This document shows positions 1 to 9,766 of a DNA stretch of 64,000 bases, in pieces. This DNA comes from an uncultured Acidobacteriota bacterium (GTDB lineage Bacteria; Acidobacteriota; Thermoanaerobaculia; Multivoradales; UBA5704): positions 1,856,001-1,920,000 of the forward strand of contig CAVYRF010000002.1 in NCBI GenBank assembly GCA_963770895.1, given 5' to 3'. Position numbers and translations under genes: made by a program. Position 1 is the stretch's first letter. Each line of letters starts with the position of its first letter. The notes under the pieces are model-generated. The model made no database searches. It was not told the DNA's origin and saw only the letters and a list, made by a program, of their open reading frames with translations.

Positions 1-574
1 GCCACGAAATCATTTTCGGTGTGCGCCGCACGAACGCATCTCCAATCACATGACCCGCGGTCGTGTATCCGCGGGTTGGGCTACTTCCTGCAATTTGAAG
101 TTCGACCGAGAGTCCTATACTGCCGCGTGAGCTTCCAGAGCGAATAGCGCCCTCGCGAAAGAGCATCGGTGTTGGTGGCTCCGTAACAAGCACCATCGTG
201 TCACGTCCAAAATCAGCCACGCCAAGATGCCTTGGACCCTGGTCTAACAGCGCGCCAAAAGGTATCGCTAAATCCATCAGTGAAACGAGAGCAAATCCGC
301 GACCGCGAATCCGGCCTTGCGCATGGCGCCCGAGCCAGCGACCAGGGCGCTCGTAGTGACGATACCTCCAAGGGAGGCAGTCCATAATTAGTGGTGCGTC
401 GACGGCCAGCAGGAGGACGCGAAACTCTGGAGCGAGGAGTATGGTGCCAACGCCGTGTAGCGATGCCCGGGGAAGCCAAGGTAGTGCACTTGCACCTTCA
501 CGCATTAGTCCGGCGATGCGTGACACGGCCGAGGACAGTCGGTCGTCGTTACGCGTAGTAGGCTTCCACCACAT
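1..574 (-). CDS. Partial CDS (runs off the left edge), probable trypsin-like S1 serine protease
   Basis: Absent from the ORF track. Manual translation from ATG 574 stays open to base 2 (MWWKPTT...RGSIGLSVELQ...GYTTAGHVIG...). GSIG followed by TAGHV matches the catalytic-His region of chymotrypsin-clan proteases. Catalytic Asp and Ser would lie outside the window. Confidence 0.55.
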   Translation of the reverse strand, partial: MWWKPTTRNDDRLSSAVSRIAGLMREGASALPWLPRASLHGVGTILLAPEFRVLLLAVDAPLIMDCLPWRYRHYERPGRWLGRHAQGRIRGRGFALVSLMDLAIPFGALLDQGPRHLGVADFGRDTMVLVTEPPTPMLFREGAIRSGSSRGSIGLSVELQIAGSSPTRGYTTAGHVIGDAFVRRTPKMISW

Positions 575-612
575 TATTTTAGTTCCATTATGTTACGCGG
601 CTCTTTGCTGGG

Positions 613-1125
613 TCATGCTCCACGATTGAGGAGTGTAGCCGCTCCGCCGATCATGACTGATACTACGAAGACCAGGAGAGTCGGAGCCCAGACGATATTA
701 GCGCCCCACTTGAACCAACTGCCAGGCATTGCTGTAGCCCACGAGAAAAAGGCAAACCCGGCTGCTAGCACTTCAAACCAAGCCGCGGCCAGGGTGCTGA
801 GCGCCGTAGGCGCTGAGACTGGTTGTTTTGCCGCCTCGGTGCGGACCTTTTTGTGGCTAATGACCCAAGTTGTGAAGGACGCGATGACGGCGACCGCGAA
901 AGCGAGGAGAACCAACTTCCGTCTACCTATTCCGCCAGGTATGGTAGCGATGCCCCCTGCGGCGGCGACATATGCGGTAGTGACTTCCGTAGGTATGTAT
1001 GCGCCAATGTTGGCCAGGAGTTGCTGAGCAGCCGGCATTCTCCCGGAATTAGCCAACGCCTTAGAAGTGACCGGTCGCGGCAGTGCGCGTCTCGCAACCA
1101 TGTCGGATATCCGAGCTAGTGACAT
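613..1125 (-). CDS. Hypothetical integral membrane protein (about 4 TM helices)
   Basis: Strong RBS (AAGGAGGAGAA-ATG); YIPTEV motif followed by several hydrophobic segments. Confidence 0.75.
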   Translation of the reverse strand: MSLARISDMVARRALPRPVTSKALANSGRMPAAQQLLANIGAYIPTEVTTAYVAAAGGIATIPGGIGRRKLVLLAFAVAVIASFTTWVISHKKVRTEAAKQPVSAPTALSTLAAAWFEVLAAGFAFFSWATAMPGSWFKWGANIVWAPTLLVFVVSVMIGGAATLLNRGA

Positions 1126-1278
1126 TTCTCCTCCTTCATTTCTCCGTGCTGACCTGTCCCCAATGACTGGTCAGTCCGAAAGGTGAGTCCCCGCCCGGGC
1201 CGCCGTCCCCCCGCCGTGGCCGGCGCCGGCAACGCTTTCGTGCGCGAACGTGCCGATCCGCAACGCCGGCTCGTCCCC

Positions 1279-3717
1279 TCACGACGGCGGAGCAGGTGGT
1301 GCCGCTGGCGCCGCGGAAGCTGCCGCGGCGGCCCCACCTGAGCTGGTCATCCCTCCCGCGGCTGTCGTCGCCGTCCCCACGGCGGACACGGTCGCCGCAG
1401 CGGTCGCCGAACTCGGCGGGGCAATGATCTGGACGACGACCGGGATCTGAGTCTGGTCCTTATCGTTCTGCACGGCCGTCAGCAGGTGAAGGCCCACCAC
1501 GGTGTTGATCGCGTCCGGGAGCGGCACCGAGATGGAGCTCTGGTCAGGCGAGATGCGCGGCTGCAGCGTCGTGCCGTTCAAAAGCACATCCTTGAGCAAA
1601 CCCAGATTGGTGCCGGTCAGCACCAGAACCCTTTTCGTGCCGGCGGCCAATTGCGGTAGCGGCGCCGGTGCCGTGATCTGCGGCTTGGGATCTCCCGGCG
1701 CCGCAGCCAGCGCGAGCTGGACGGCAGGCCCGTCCGTGCGCGCCAGCACGAGGCTTTTCACACCTGCCAGCTGGCAGGTCGGGATTGCGACCAGCAGCAG
1801 CGTAGGTCGGTACGTGTCATCAACGATGGCATCGCCGACACATGGCTTGGACTTCTGCTTGGCCAGCGGCGTGGAAGCCTGGGGAGCGGCCGCCATTTTC
1901 GGCCTGGGAACCTTGCCTGGCGTCGCCGGGACACCGTTCACAAGCACGGCAACGTCATTGGATAGCTGGTCTCCAGAAATGCCGATCACCGTCGTTTCGC
2001 TGCTGGCAGACAGAGTCGTCGCGCTGGTCGCCACGAAGTCAGTCTTAAACTCGATCTGGTGGGTGGCGTAAAACCTGGCACCGCAAAAAAGATGCGCAAT
2101 CGAGAGCCTCCGATACTGCCTGACGTCGGCGGTGGGAGCCAGGAAGCTGACTTTTTGCCAGTCCTTGAGTTCGCCATGAAGACCGCAGGTTGTAACCTCG
2201 TCTTCGTGGAGCGGGGCGTTGCTCAAGCCGTACACCGCCTGTCCCAGCAGGATCAGGGGCGGCGAATCCGCACCGACGCAGTCACCCGTCAGAGATACGG
2301 TAACCTTGGATTGGACCGCATCGAAAGGCATTGCCTCGGCTTCGCCGATCGTGGTCTTCGAAGGTGGATCGGTATTCGGCGCGCAATCCTGGCGAAGGAG
2401 CTCTGCCTTGTCTCCAGCAGCCGAAAGCACCCAGCCGACTTGAGGGCGCACCAACTGGGCGGCCTCGAGGTTGAAGATCATTCGCTTCGAAGCAAGGCTG
2501 AAGCCCGGCGATCCGTCGCCGATCGGCCCTTCGGGAACCAGCACCGTTGTGCGAGGCGCGAAGGGGCCTTGGTCGAACACCGTCACCTGGCCGTTGCCGA
2601 GGTCGGCCCAGGTGATGGCGCCCACCTCCTTGGCTTCTATATCTTTCAGCTGGATCGACCTCTCCAGGATCAGGTTGGGGCCGCTGATCGGCCTGCCCAC
2701 GATGCCTGTTGCCGCATCGTAGCGCCGCCAGGAGGTGCGTATGGAGATGGTCGCGGGACTCATGCTGGTCCCGTTCATGTCGAACGAGAGACGCGCAAAG
2801 ACCTCGCGCATGCCGGCCTTCACCGCCTTTTGTCCGAGCACCGGCCGAAACTGCCACGCCAGCACCGTTGTTGCCGGCAGGGTCGTCGGCCGCTGCAAGG
2901 CCACGGTATCCAGGGCTTGTACGATGTAGGCGGACTGCGTCCTTCCAAACCAGCTGGCGCCGACATTGACGACGTTGGAGATCACCGCTCCCGCGCCCAA
3001 CGAGGTGCTGCTGTCCTTGATAGCCGCCACGTTGTAGCTCTCTTCTCGCGGCAGCAGTGCCACGACGCCGGGTCGCTCAGGCGACCTGGAGCCATCTTGC
3101 ACTGCTTCAAGGGAGAGCTCGACCTCCGCGACGGCGCCAGCCGCTCCGGGCGGCGCCTCGATGCTGATGGGGATGCCGACCGTCAGGGTGCGCTTGGGCA
3201 GCCCTGGGCTGGTCTTGGTGTAGAGGTCTGAATAGGATTCGGTGAGCAGCAACCGCAGGTCGGCGATATCGGCGGCCAACCGCGCCTGCTCGGCAAGAGC
3301 ATCACCGGCAGAGGTGGTGAGGGAGCTTGGCAGGGCCGCCGCGCCGGTGTCGGTGATGGCGGGCGTCCCCGGCGTCAGCGGGGTGGCCTTGGTGGCGGCG
3401 CGGGAACTGACGCTGCCCTGCGCGGCGAAGGAGCTCTGCCTTGACTGCGCTCCCTGCAACCCGCCGATGCGGCTGATAAGGCTGGGGTTGTCGAAGGCGT
3501 TGAGCTGAGCCAGTTGGGCGCTCTCCAGCTGCAGCATCTGGGTCAGGAACGCATCGTCATAGATCTTGGGGTCATCAACCTCGATGCCATTGAACGCACA
3601 GTCGCGGGTGAGGTCGCTTCCCCTGCAGTCGGTCACTGCAGCGATCAGGCGCGACGAGCCCCCGATCCAAAGGACGACCACGGCAAGACGCAGCAGAGCT
3701 CTTTCCCGTCGAAGCAT
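1279..3717 (-). CDS. Secreted hypothetical protein with C-terminal IPT/Ig-like beta domains
   Basis: Long ORF (track 1279..3819); more likely start MLRRERALLRLAVVVLW at 3717 gives a signal peptide. Beta-rich C-terminus (LVLTGTNL...VLLNG) and an Ala/Pro-rich tail. Confidence 0.75.
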   Translation of the reverse strand: MLRRERALLRLAVVVLWIGGSSRLIAAVTDCRGSDLTRDCAFNGIEVDDPKIYDDAFLTQMLQLESAQLAQLNAFDNPSLISRIGGLQGAQSRQSSFAAQGSVSSRAATKATPLTPGTPAITDTGAAALPSSLTTSAGDALAEQARLAADIADLRLLLTESYSDLYTKTSPGLPKRTLTVGIPISIEAPPGAAGAVAEVELSLEAVQDGSRSPERPGVVALLPREESYNVAAIKDSSTSLGAGAVISNVVNVGASWFGRTQSAYIVQALDTVALQRPTTLPATTVLAWQFRPVLGQKAVKAGMREVFARLSFDMNGTSMSPATISIRTSWRRYDAATGIVGRPISGPNLILERSIQLKDIEAKEVGAITWADLGNGQVTVFDQGPFAPRTTVLVPEGPIGDGSPGFSLASKRMIFNLEAAQLVRPQVGWVLSAAGDKAELLRQDCAPNTDPPSKTTIGEAEAMPFDAVQSKVTVSLTGDCVGADSPPLILLGQAVYGLSNAPLHEDEVTTCGLHGELKDWQKVSFLAPTADVRQYRRLSIAHLFCGARFYATHQIEFKTDFVATSATTLSASSETTVIGISGDQLSNDVAVLVNGVPATPGKVPRPKMAAAPQASTPLAKQKSKPCVGDAIVDDTYRPTLLLVAIPTCQLAGVKSLVLARTDGPAVQLALAAAPGDPKPQITAPAPLPQLAAGTKRVLVLTGTNLGLLKDVLLNGTTLQPRISPDQSSISVPLPDAINTVVGLHLLTAVQNDKDQTQIPVVVQIIAPPSSATAAATVSAVGTATTAAGGMTSSGGAAAAASAAPAAPPAPPS

Positions 3718-3736
3718 GGACGTTCCACCCCCAGGT

Positions 3737-4108
3737 TTACTTCTTGCCACTCGAATTCTTGCCGCTGGACCCTCGCGATGCGTGGGGTCCCGGCTGGCTC
3801 TTGCGCGGGGCGACGCCACCCACGGGTGACGGAGCGCTGTGGTGAATCAGGAGCGTTTCGACCCGATGATCCGGGTCGGAACCGTTGACCAGGGTGCCTT
3901 GGAACGTGGCATAGGCGTCGTCGACATAGATGGCGTTCGTGCCGCTGAACACTACCGGATGACCGTCCACGGCAATCGTGCTGTTGGGCGAAAGGCCCAC
4001 CGTATTCATGTAGTCCTCGGCCCCAGGAGGATCGGGGCGCACCAGCAGGGTGCTGTCCAAGTAGTAGTAGGTATCCTCGCCTTCCAGCAGCGTTCCGACG
4101 TAGCGCAT
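3737..4108 (-). CDS. Hypothetical protein (123 aa)
   Basis: High GC3 codon usage, protein-like composition (Y, D, T rich), ends 19 bp before the next same-strand gene. Confidence 0.65.
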   Translation of the reverse strand: MRYVGTLLEGEDTYYYLDSTLLVRPDPPGAEDYMNTVGLSPNSTIAVDGHPVVFSGTNAIYVDDAYATFQGTLVNGSDPDHRVETLLIHHSAPSPVGGVAPRKSQPGPHASRGSSGKNSSGKK

Positions 4109-4326
4109 TGCGCACCTCTTTCTGCGAGAGTTGCGCGCCAGTTGCTGGCACGTACTCCTGACAGAGAGGTAGACGGACCCAGCTGCGGTTTTCTCAGGCC
4201 AGCGGCGGCGAATCGAGATTCGCAGGCCGGTGCGCAGCGGGGTAACGGCGATCCAGCGACTGATCTCTGCGCACGACAGCGGTGATCAGGCCGGAACCCT
4301 CGCCGTCAAGGCTCGTTGGGCGCTGC

Positions 4327-4374
4327 TTCCCCGCGCCTTCACCGAACCTTCAGGAAAGATTCAGCCATCCTTCA
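4327..4374 (+). promoter_or_regulatory. 11-bp-periodic direct repeat, candidate winged-helix regulator binding site
   Basis: TTCC at 4327 and TTCA at 4338, 4349, 4360 and 4371, exactly 11 bp apart, upstream of the RBS (AGGAGG) of the serine hydrolase. Confidence 0.6.
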
Positions 4375-4437
4375 TCGTCGGTGCGGGATGACTGGTGCAT
4401 AAGCGTGGGGTGACGGACCAACCAGGAGGCGCCACCC

Positions 4438-5820
4438 ATGCAGCAAGTGAAGCAGGCGAACCGCTTGACCTTTGACTACCCATGGACATCGCCCCGCGGC
4501 GGTTGCCAACCCGAGCACCGCGGGGGCGGACGCGCCAGTGTTTGTTGCGGCCCTGGGCTCGTGGTCGTCCTCACCGCTCTCACCGTCCAGCTCCTTGCGG
4601 CGATCCACGGCCAGGCGGCGATGGCCGGTGAGCCGGCGCCGGAAACGGCACTGCCTTCCGCTGCGGCGGCGCCCTTGCCGCAGGAGCTGCGGCCGCCGGA
4701 TCTGGGCGACGGTTTGGCGGTTGCCGCGGTGGGGCCGGCGGCAGTGGGCGGCCTGGATGCGCGGCGGCTCGCGACGATCGGCGAGCGCATTCGCGACGGC
4801 GGCTTTCAGCGCATCACCAGCGTGGTGGTGTTGCTGGACGGCAAGCTGACCTATGAAGGCTATTGGGGTGGCGCCGACCGCGACACGTTGCACGACATCC
4901 GCTCGGCCAGCAAGACGTTGACCAGCATGATGGTGGGGCAGGCGATCGCTCGCGGCGCCATCCCTGGTGTCGATACCAAGGTTTTCAGCTACTTCACCGA
5001 TCGGAAGAACCCGCCTGGCGGTGCGGGGAGCGCTGACGGCTTGCCGTGGAAGAACCCGGACCCGCGCAAGATGCAGATCACCGTCGAGGATTTGCTGACC
5101 ATGAGCTCGCTGCTCGAATGCGACGACAACAACGACGCCTCGTCCGGCAACGAAGAGCGCATGTACGTCACCGAGGACTGGCTGGGCTTCTTCCTGGACC
5201 TGCCGATCAAGGGCTTCCCTTCATGGGTGCCGAAGCCCAAGGACTCACCCTATGGCCGCTCCTTCTCCTACTGCACGGCGGGGGTCTTTGCGCTCGGCAG
5301 GGTGCTGGAAAAGGCAACGGGGCAGAGCGTCCCCGACCTGGCGCGGGAAGGAATTCTGGCGCCGCTCGGCATCGGCAAGGTCGACTGGAAGTACTCTCCG
5401 CTGGGCGAGGCGCAGACCGGCGGCGGCACCGGCCTGCGCAGCCGCGACCTGGCCAAGCTGGGCCAGCTCTACCTGGACGGCGGGCGCTGGCAGGGGCGGC
5501 AGCTCATCCCGCGCGGCTGGGTGGAGGTTTCCACCGCCGCACACGCCAAGGCGAGCGACACCGACACCTACGGCTACCTGTGGTGGCGGCGCGACTTCGT
5601 CGCCGGCGGGCGCGCCTTCCCTGCCTTCTACATGTCGGGCAACGGTGGCAACAAGGTGGTGGTGGTGCCGTCGGCGAAGCTGGTGGCGGTCATCACCAGC
5701 ACCAACTACAACAGCCGAGGGATGCACGAGCAGACCGCGAAGCTGCTCACCGACTACATCCTGGCGGCGCTGCCCGCGAGCAGCGCGGGCGGCAGCCAGG
5801 GGGCGCCGACGACGCCCTGA
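4438..5820 (+). CDS. Serine hydrolase, class C beta-lactamase-like family
   Basis: SxxK (RSASKT), LLTMSS, FSYCT, RDLAKLGQLYL, YGYLWW and SGNGG motifs; AGGAGG RBS; hydrophobic N-terminal segment. Confidence 0.92.
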   Translation: MQQVKQANRLTFDYPWTSPRGGCQPEHRGGGRASVCCGPGLVVVLTALTVQLLAAIHGQAAMAGEPAPETALPSAAAAPLPQELRPPDLGDGLAVAAVGPAAVGGLDARRLATIGERIRDGGFQRITSVVVLLDGKLTYEGYWGGADRDTLHDIRSASKTLTSMMVGQAIARGAIPGVDTKVFSYFTDRKNPPGGAGSADGLPWKNPDPRKMQITVEDLLTMSSLLECDDNNDASSGNEERMYVTEDWLGFFLDLPIKGFPSWVPKPKDSPYGRSFSYCTAGVFALGRVLEKATGQSVPDLAREGILAPLGIGKVDWKYSPLGEAQTGGGTGLRSRDLAKLGQLYLDGGRWQGRQLIPRGWVEVSTAAHAKASDTDTYGYLWWRRDFVAGGRAFPAFYMSGNGGNKVVVVPSAKLVAVITSTNYNSRGMHEQTAKLLTDYILAALPASSAGGSQGAPTTP

Positions 5821-7592
5821 CGCTCGCGGTCGACCAGCCGGCGCATGCGCGCCAGGCGCTCGCCGAACCGCGCGTCGCGCCGCAGCGCCACCAGCATCGG
5901 CTCCAGCTCCAGCCAGCCGGCGTCGCGGTAGCCCAGGTCGATGGCGGCGTCCAGCGCCTGGAGCGCCGCGCCGTCGTCGCCGGCGGCGGTTTCGAGCAGT
6001 GCCAGGTCGAGCCCCGAGTCGGGCCACTCGTCGCCCTCGGCCCGGCCGCGCCGCAGCGCCTCCGCGAGGTCGCGCAGGTCGCGGCGCCGGCTCTCCAGGG
6101 TGGTGCCGGCGGCCACCGGCTGGCCTGCCGGGAGGTGGGCGCCCGCCTCCTGGAGCGCCAGCACCAGCAGCCGGGTCCGCGCGCGCAGGTCGTGGGGAGC
6201 CACGGCGAGCGCCTGGGCGAAGAACGCCCTGGCCCGCGCCGTGTCGCCGGCCAGGAGGGCGACCGCGCCGCGGACGTCGGCCAGCTCGGGGCGCCGGATG
6301 CCGCGCGCGATGGCGCCCTCGGCGATCGCGTCCGCCTCCCGCACCCGCCCCTGCGACAGGCGGGCGGCGGCGAAGGCGGCGGCGGCAAAGACGTTGTCCG
6401 GGCGAAGCTCCAGGGCGCGCTCGAACCAGACCGTCGCCGCGGGTTCGAAGCCGAGCGCGGCCAGGGTTCCTCCCACCTGCACCTCCAGGTAGATGGGCGG
6501 GTCGCCCGCTCCCAGGCGGGCGGCGCGCACGTCGGCTTCCAGCGCCGCCGCCAGGTGACCTTGGACCTGCAGCAGGTTGGCCGCGCTGGCCAGGGCGGCC
6601 GCCGGCTGCGCCTCCAGGCCGGCGGCGAGCTGGTAGGCGGCGAGCGCCGCATGCACCTGGCCGCGGCTGTCGCGGGCCAACCCAAGAGCATGGTGCGCCC
6701 TGCCCAGCCGCGGGTCCAGGGCCAGGGCTCGCTGCGCCAGCGCCAGCGCCTGGTCGTCGCCGCCGTGCTGGTTGAACTTGGTGCCGCGCTGGGACAGCGC
6801 CATGCTCAAGCCCGCCAGCGCCTGCGGGTTCCGCGGCTCGAGCTGCAGCGCCCGCTGATAGAGCTCGATCGCCAGCTCGTTGTTGGCCTCCTGGTGCTGC
6901 CCCAGGTAGGCGTCGGCGCGCCGCACCAGCTCGGCACCGGTGGGTGAGCGGGTTGCCACCGGGGCGGCCGGATCGGCCGTGGCGGCCGCTGCGGCCGGCG
7001 GTGCGAGTCGCGGGTCGAGCTGGCCCTGGCGGTCACGGTGCTGCCGGTAGGCGGCGACAAGCGCCAGGCCGGCGACCAGCAGCACGACGGCCGCGACGCT
7101 CAGGGCGGCAAGGGTGCCGGTGCGGCGGCGGGTGCCCTGGCCCTCGCCTGGCTTTCGGTCGGGCTGCTGGTGGCGCTCCCGGCCAGGTTCCTGGGCAGGC
7201 GTCTGGCGGTGTTCCTGGTCGAGCTCCAGACCGGGCTGCTGGCCGGACTCCTGGTGGCCTTCCACCAGCACCGCGGGGACCAGCTGGTAGCCGCGCCCGC
7301 GCACCGCTCGCAGGTAGCGCGGGCTCCTGGCCTCGTCGCCCAGCGCCCGGCGCAGCAGCGCGACGCGCTGGGTGAGCGTTTCGTCGGCGACTGCCACCCC
7401 CGCCCAGACGGTGGCGATGAGCTCCTCCGGCGACACCACGGCGGGGGCGCGGCGCGCCAGCGCGACGAGCAGGTCGAACGACAGGCGCGGCAGCTCCACC
7501 TTGCGGCCGTCCTGGTGGACAACGGTGAATTCTTCCAGGTCGACCGTCAGGTCGGCGATGCGGAACCGCTTTTCGCCTGGCTGCCGGAGCAT
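5754..7592 (-). CDS. CadC/ToxR-like membrane-anchored regulator (wHTH - TM - TPR)
   Basis: OmpR-type wHTH (LSFDLLVALAR...VW...LTQRVALLRRALGD...YLRAVRGRGY), one TM (LAALSVAAVVLLVAGLALV), TPR repeats (YQRALQLEP, ALALDP). Confidence 0.9.
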   Translation of the reverse strand: MLRQPGEKRFRIADLTVDLEEFTVVHQDGRKVELPRLSFDLLVALARRAPAVVSPEELIATVWAGVAVADETLTQRVALLRRALGDEARSPRYLRAVRGRGYQLVPAVLVEGHQESGQQPGLELDQEHRQTPAQEPGRERHQQPDRKPGEGQGTRRRTGTLAALSVAAVVLLVAGLALVAAYRQHRDRQGQLDPRLAPPAAAAATADPAAPVATRSPTGAELVRRADAYLGQHQEANNELAIELYQRALQLEPRNPQALAGLSMALSQRGTKFNQHGGDDQALALAQRALALDPRLGRAHHALGLARDSRGQVHAALAAYQLAAGLEAQPAAALASAANLLQVQGHLAAALEADVRAARLGAGDPPIYLEVQVGGTLAALGFEPAATVWFERALELRPDNVFAAAAFAAARLSQGRVREADAIAEGAIARGIRRPELADVRGAVALLAGDTARARAFFAQALAVAPHDLRARTRLLVLALQEAGAHLPAGQPVAAGTTLESRRRDLRDLAEALRRGRAEGDEWPDSGLDLALLETAAGDDGAALQALDAAIDLGYRDAGWLELEPMLVALRRDARFGERLARMRRLVDRERQGVVGAPWLPPALLAGSAARM

Positions 7593-7653
7593 GCGCCAAG
7601 AATACTGCGGCCGCTGGGCGCCGGCCGCGCCGGCCGGCGCCGGGGGCTCCGCG

Positions 7654-8433
7654 TCAGCCCGGCGCCAGGGCCAGCACGCGCAGAGGGCTGCCGCTGCCCT
7701 GGACGATCTTGAGCGGCGCGGCGATCACCACGGCACCGGTCGGCGGCAGCTGGTCGAGGTTGCGCAGGCTGGTCAAGCCGAAGCGGCCGGCGCCGTGCAT
7801 CAGGGTGTGGCAGGGGAACGGCGGATCGAAGCGGCCGGCCTGGCCGGCGTCGGTGCCGACGGTCTCGACCCCGACGCCAAGGATGTCGCGATGGTGCGCC
7901 AGCAGCTCGATCGCCTCGCGGTCGAAGCCCGGACTGTGCGGGCCGTCGTCGGCGGCGTTGAGAAAGTCGCGCGCGCCGCTGCGCCGGCTCCAGCCGGTGC
8001 GCAGCAGCACCCACGACCCCGCCGGGATGGCGCCGTGCGCCTTCTCCCAAGCGAGCAGGCGGTCGCGGCCGAGCAGGAAATCGGCGTTCGCCGCCACCTC
8101 CGCGGTGACGTCGACGACGCAGGCGGGGCCGACGAAACGGCCGGCGGGGATGGTGTCGCAGGCGTTGCCCGGCAGGTCCCTGCCGGTGATCCAGTGGATG
8201 GGGGCGTCGAAATGCGTGCCGGTGTGCTCGCCTAGGCGCAGGCTGTTCCAGTACCACGCCGGGCCCTTCTCGTCGTAGCGCGACAGCACCTCGACCGAGA
8301 GACCGGGAGAAGCGGCGAACTGCGGCGGCAGATCGATCACCGGCGTATCCGGCCCGAGCGGCTGCGTCAGATCGACCACCCGCACCGTGCCGCCGGCGAG
8401 CGCTGCCACCAGCTGTACCAGGACGTCCGTCAT
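7654..8433 (-). CDS. Cyclase-family metal-dependent hydrolase (kynurenine formamidase/isatin hydrolase-like)
   Basis: EHTGTHFDAPIHW (HxGTHxDxPxH), VLLRTGWS, GSGSPLRVLA; start overlaps the upstream stop (ATGA). Confidence 0.92.
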   Translation of the reverse strand: MTDVLVQLVAALAGGTVRVVDLTQPLGPDTPVIDLPPQFAASPGLSVEVLSRYDEKGPAWYWNSLRLGEHTGTHFDAPIHWITGRDLPGNACDTIPAGRFVGPACVVDVTAEVAANADFLLGRDRLLAWEKAHGAIPAGSWVLLRTGWSRRSGARDFLNAADDGPHSPGFDREAIELLAHHRDILGVGVETVGTDAGQAGRFDPPFPCHTLMHGAGRFGLTSLRNLDQLPPTGAVVIAAPLKIVQGSGSPLRVLALAPG

Positions 8434-9062
8434 GGGCTGCTCCTCGTGCTCGCGTTGCTGAGGTTGCTGGCATTGTTCGCGTCGTTTGCGCCGCCGGCCA
8501 GGCCGCGCAGATGGCGCTCGAACTGGAAGCGGTTCTCCAGCAGGTGCAGGTCGATGAAGTAGCTTGCCGGCCCTTGCGGCTCGACCTTGGCGACCAGCAC
8601 CGCCAGATCCCCCGCGTCTAGCGCCTCCTGGCAGGCCAGCGCCAGGCTGTCCGTGGTGCGGTAGGTGCCGCTGCGCGGCACTCCCGCGGCGGCGGCGATC
8701 GCGGCCAGGTCGCTGCCGGTCGCGGTGGCGGTCGAAAAGCTGCGTCCGACCGAAAGCAGCGCCTCGTTGTCGAAGACCACGTGCAGCAGGTTGCGCGGCC
8801 GGTGCCGCGCCAGGGTGGTGAAGGTCCCCAGGTTCATCAAGACCGACCCGTCGCCATCCAGCACCACCACCTGCAGCTGCGGCCGCGCCAGCGCGATCCC
8901 CAGCCCCACCGAAGACGCCAGCCCCATCGAATGCCAGACGTAGAAGAACCCCGGCTGATGTCCGAGCGAAAACAGCTCGGCCGGCGCCGCGCCCATGTTG
9001 GTGACCACCACCCGGTCGGCGAGCAGCGGATAGATCGCCCGCAGCGCATCGATGCGCAGCAT
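8430..9062 (-). CDS. comE: Sulfopyruvate decarboxylase beta subunit-like (TPP-binding)
   Basis: SMGLASSVGLG and GDGSVLMN...DN TPP motif; ATG 9062 overlaps the alpha-subunit stop (TGATG). Confidence 0.85.
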   Translation of the reverse strand: MLRIDALRAIYPLLADRVVVTNMGAAPAELFSLGHQPGFFYVWHSMGLASSVGLGIALARPQLQVVVLDGDGSVLMNLGTFTTLARHRPRNLLHVVFDNEALLSVGRSFSTATATGSDLAAIAAAAGVPRSGTYRTTDSLALACQEALDAGDLAVLVAKVEPQGPASYFIDLHLLENRFQFERHLRGLAGGANDANNASNLSNASTRSSP

Positions 9063-9586
9063 CACGCGGGCCGCTCCTCTTCCCACATCAGCTCCCGGCC
9101 CAGCAGCAGCGCCACCGGCCGCAAGCTCGCCTCGGCCAGGCTCTGCGCCTGGCGCATCCTGGCCGCCACCTCTTCCTGCCGCTCGAGCAACAGCCAGGGG
9201 ATGCGCAGAGCGCGCAGCAGATCTTCCGTGACCCCGCCCCCCTCGGTCTGCCAGGGGTGTTCTTCGCCAAAACCACCGCGGTAGCTCACCAGCATCAGCA
9301 GCGGCACCCGATACAGCTGGGCCAACGACACGATGGCATTGACGCTCGCCAGCAGCCCATGGTTCTGCATCAGCATCGCCGACCGCACTCCAGCCAGGTG
9401 CGCGCCCACCGACACCCCCACCCCCTCCTCCTCCTTGGCCAGGCGCACCAGCGTCATCTCAGGATCCTCTTCCGCCAGGCTCACCAGCTGCACCAGCCAC
9501 GTCTCCGGCAACACCGACAGCAGCCGCACCCCGCAATCCTTCAGGGCCTGGTACAACCGCCGCGAATTCGCCACCGATACCGGCAT
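9062..9586 (-). CDS. comD: Sulfopyruvate decarboxylase alpha subunit-like
   Basis: KEEEGVGV, MLMQNHG, YRVPLLMLVSYRG...E..PWQ motifs; paired with the beta subunit. Confidence 0.85.
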   Translation of the reverse strand: MPVSVANSRRLYQALKDCGVRLLSVLPETWLVQLVSLAEEDPEMTLVRLAKEEEGVGVSVGAHLAGVRSAMLMQNHGLLASVNAIVSLAQLYRVPLLMLVSYRGGFGEEHPWQTEGGGVTEDLLRALRIPWLLLERQEEVAARMRQAQSLAEASLRPVALLLGRELMWEEERPA

Positions 9587-9766
9587 GGTTGGTTAAGGAG
9601 TATAGCGAAGCCCGCAAATTGCGGCTTCTATCGCCGGGTCCCTGCGCCGGAGGTGCCGACCTGGCGCGGAGCGAGCGCCAGCCCGGCCTGGTCCGGGCAG
9701 CGGCGCCGGCGCGGTGCACGGAGGGCCGGCCGGGAGGGCTCGCCGGCGGCGGATCGTGATGGCTGG

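Noticed and set aside
7140-7265. Gln/Glu/Pro-rich quasi-repeat in the CadC-like linker, and similar short duplications near 8450 and 54485
   Set aside because: Short in-frame slippage in flexible linkers; no sign of phase variation.
8430-9586. Phosphonate biosynthesis cluster
   Set aside because: No PEP mutase in the window; the split alpha/beta form fits ComDE-like enzymes.
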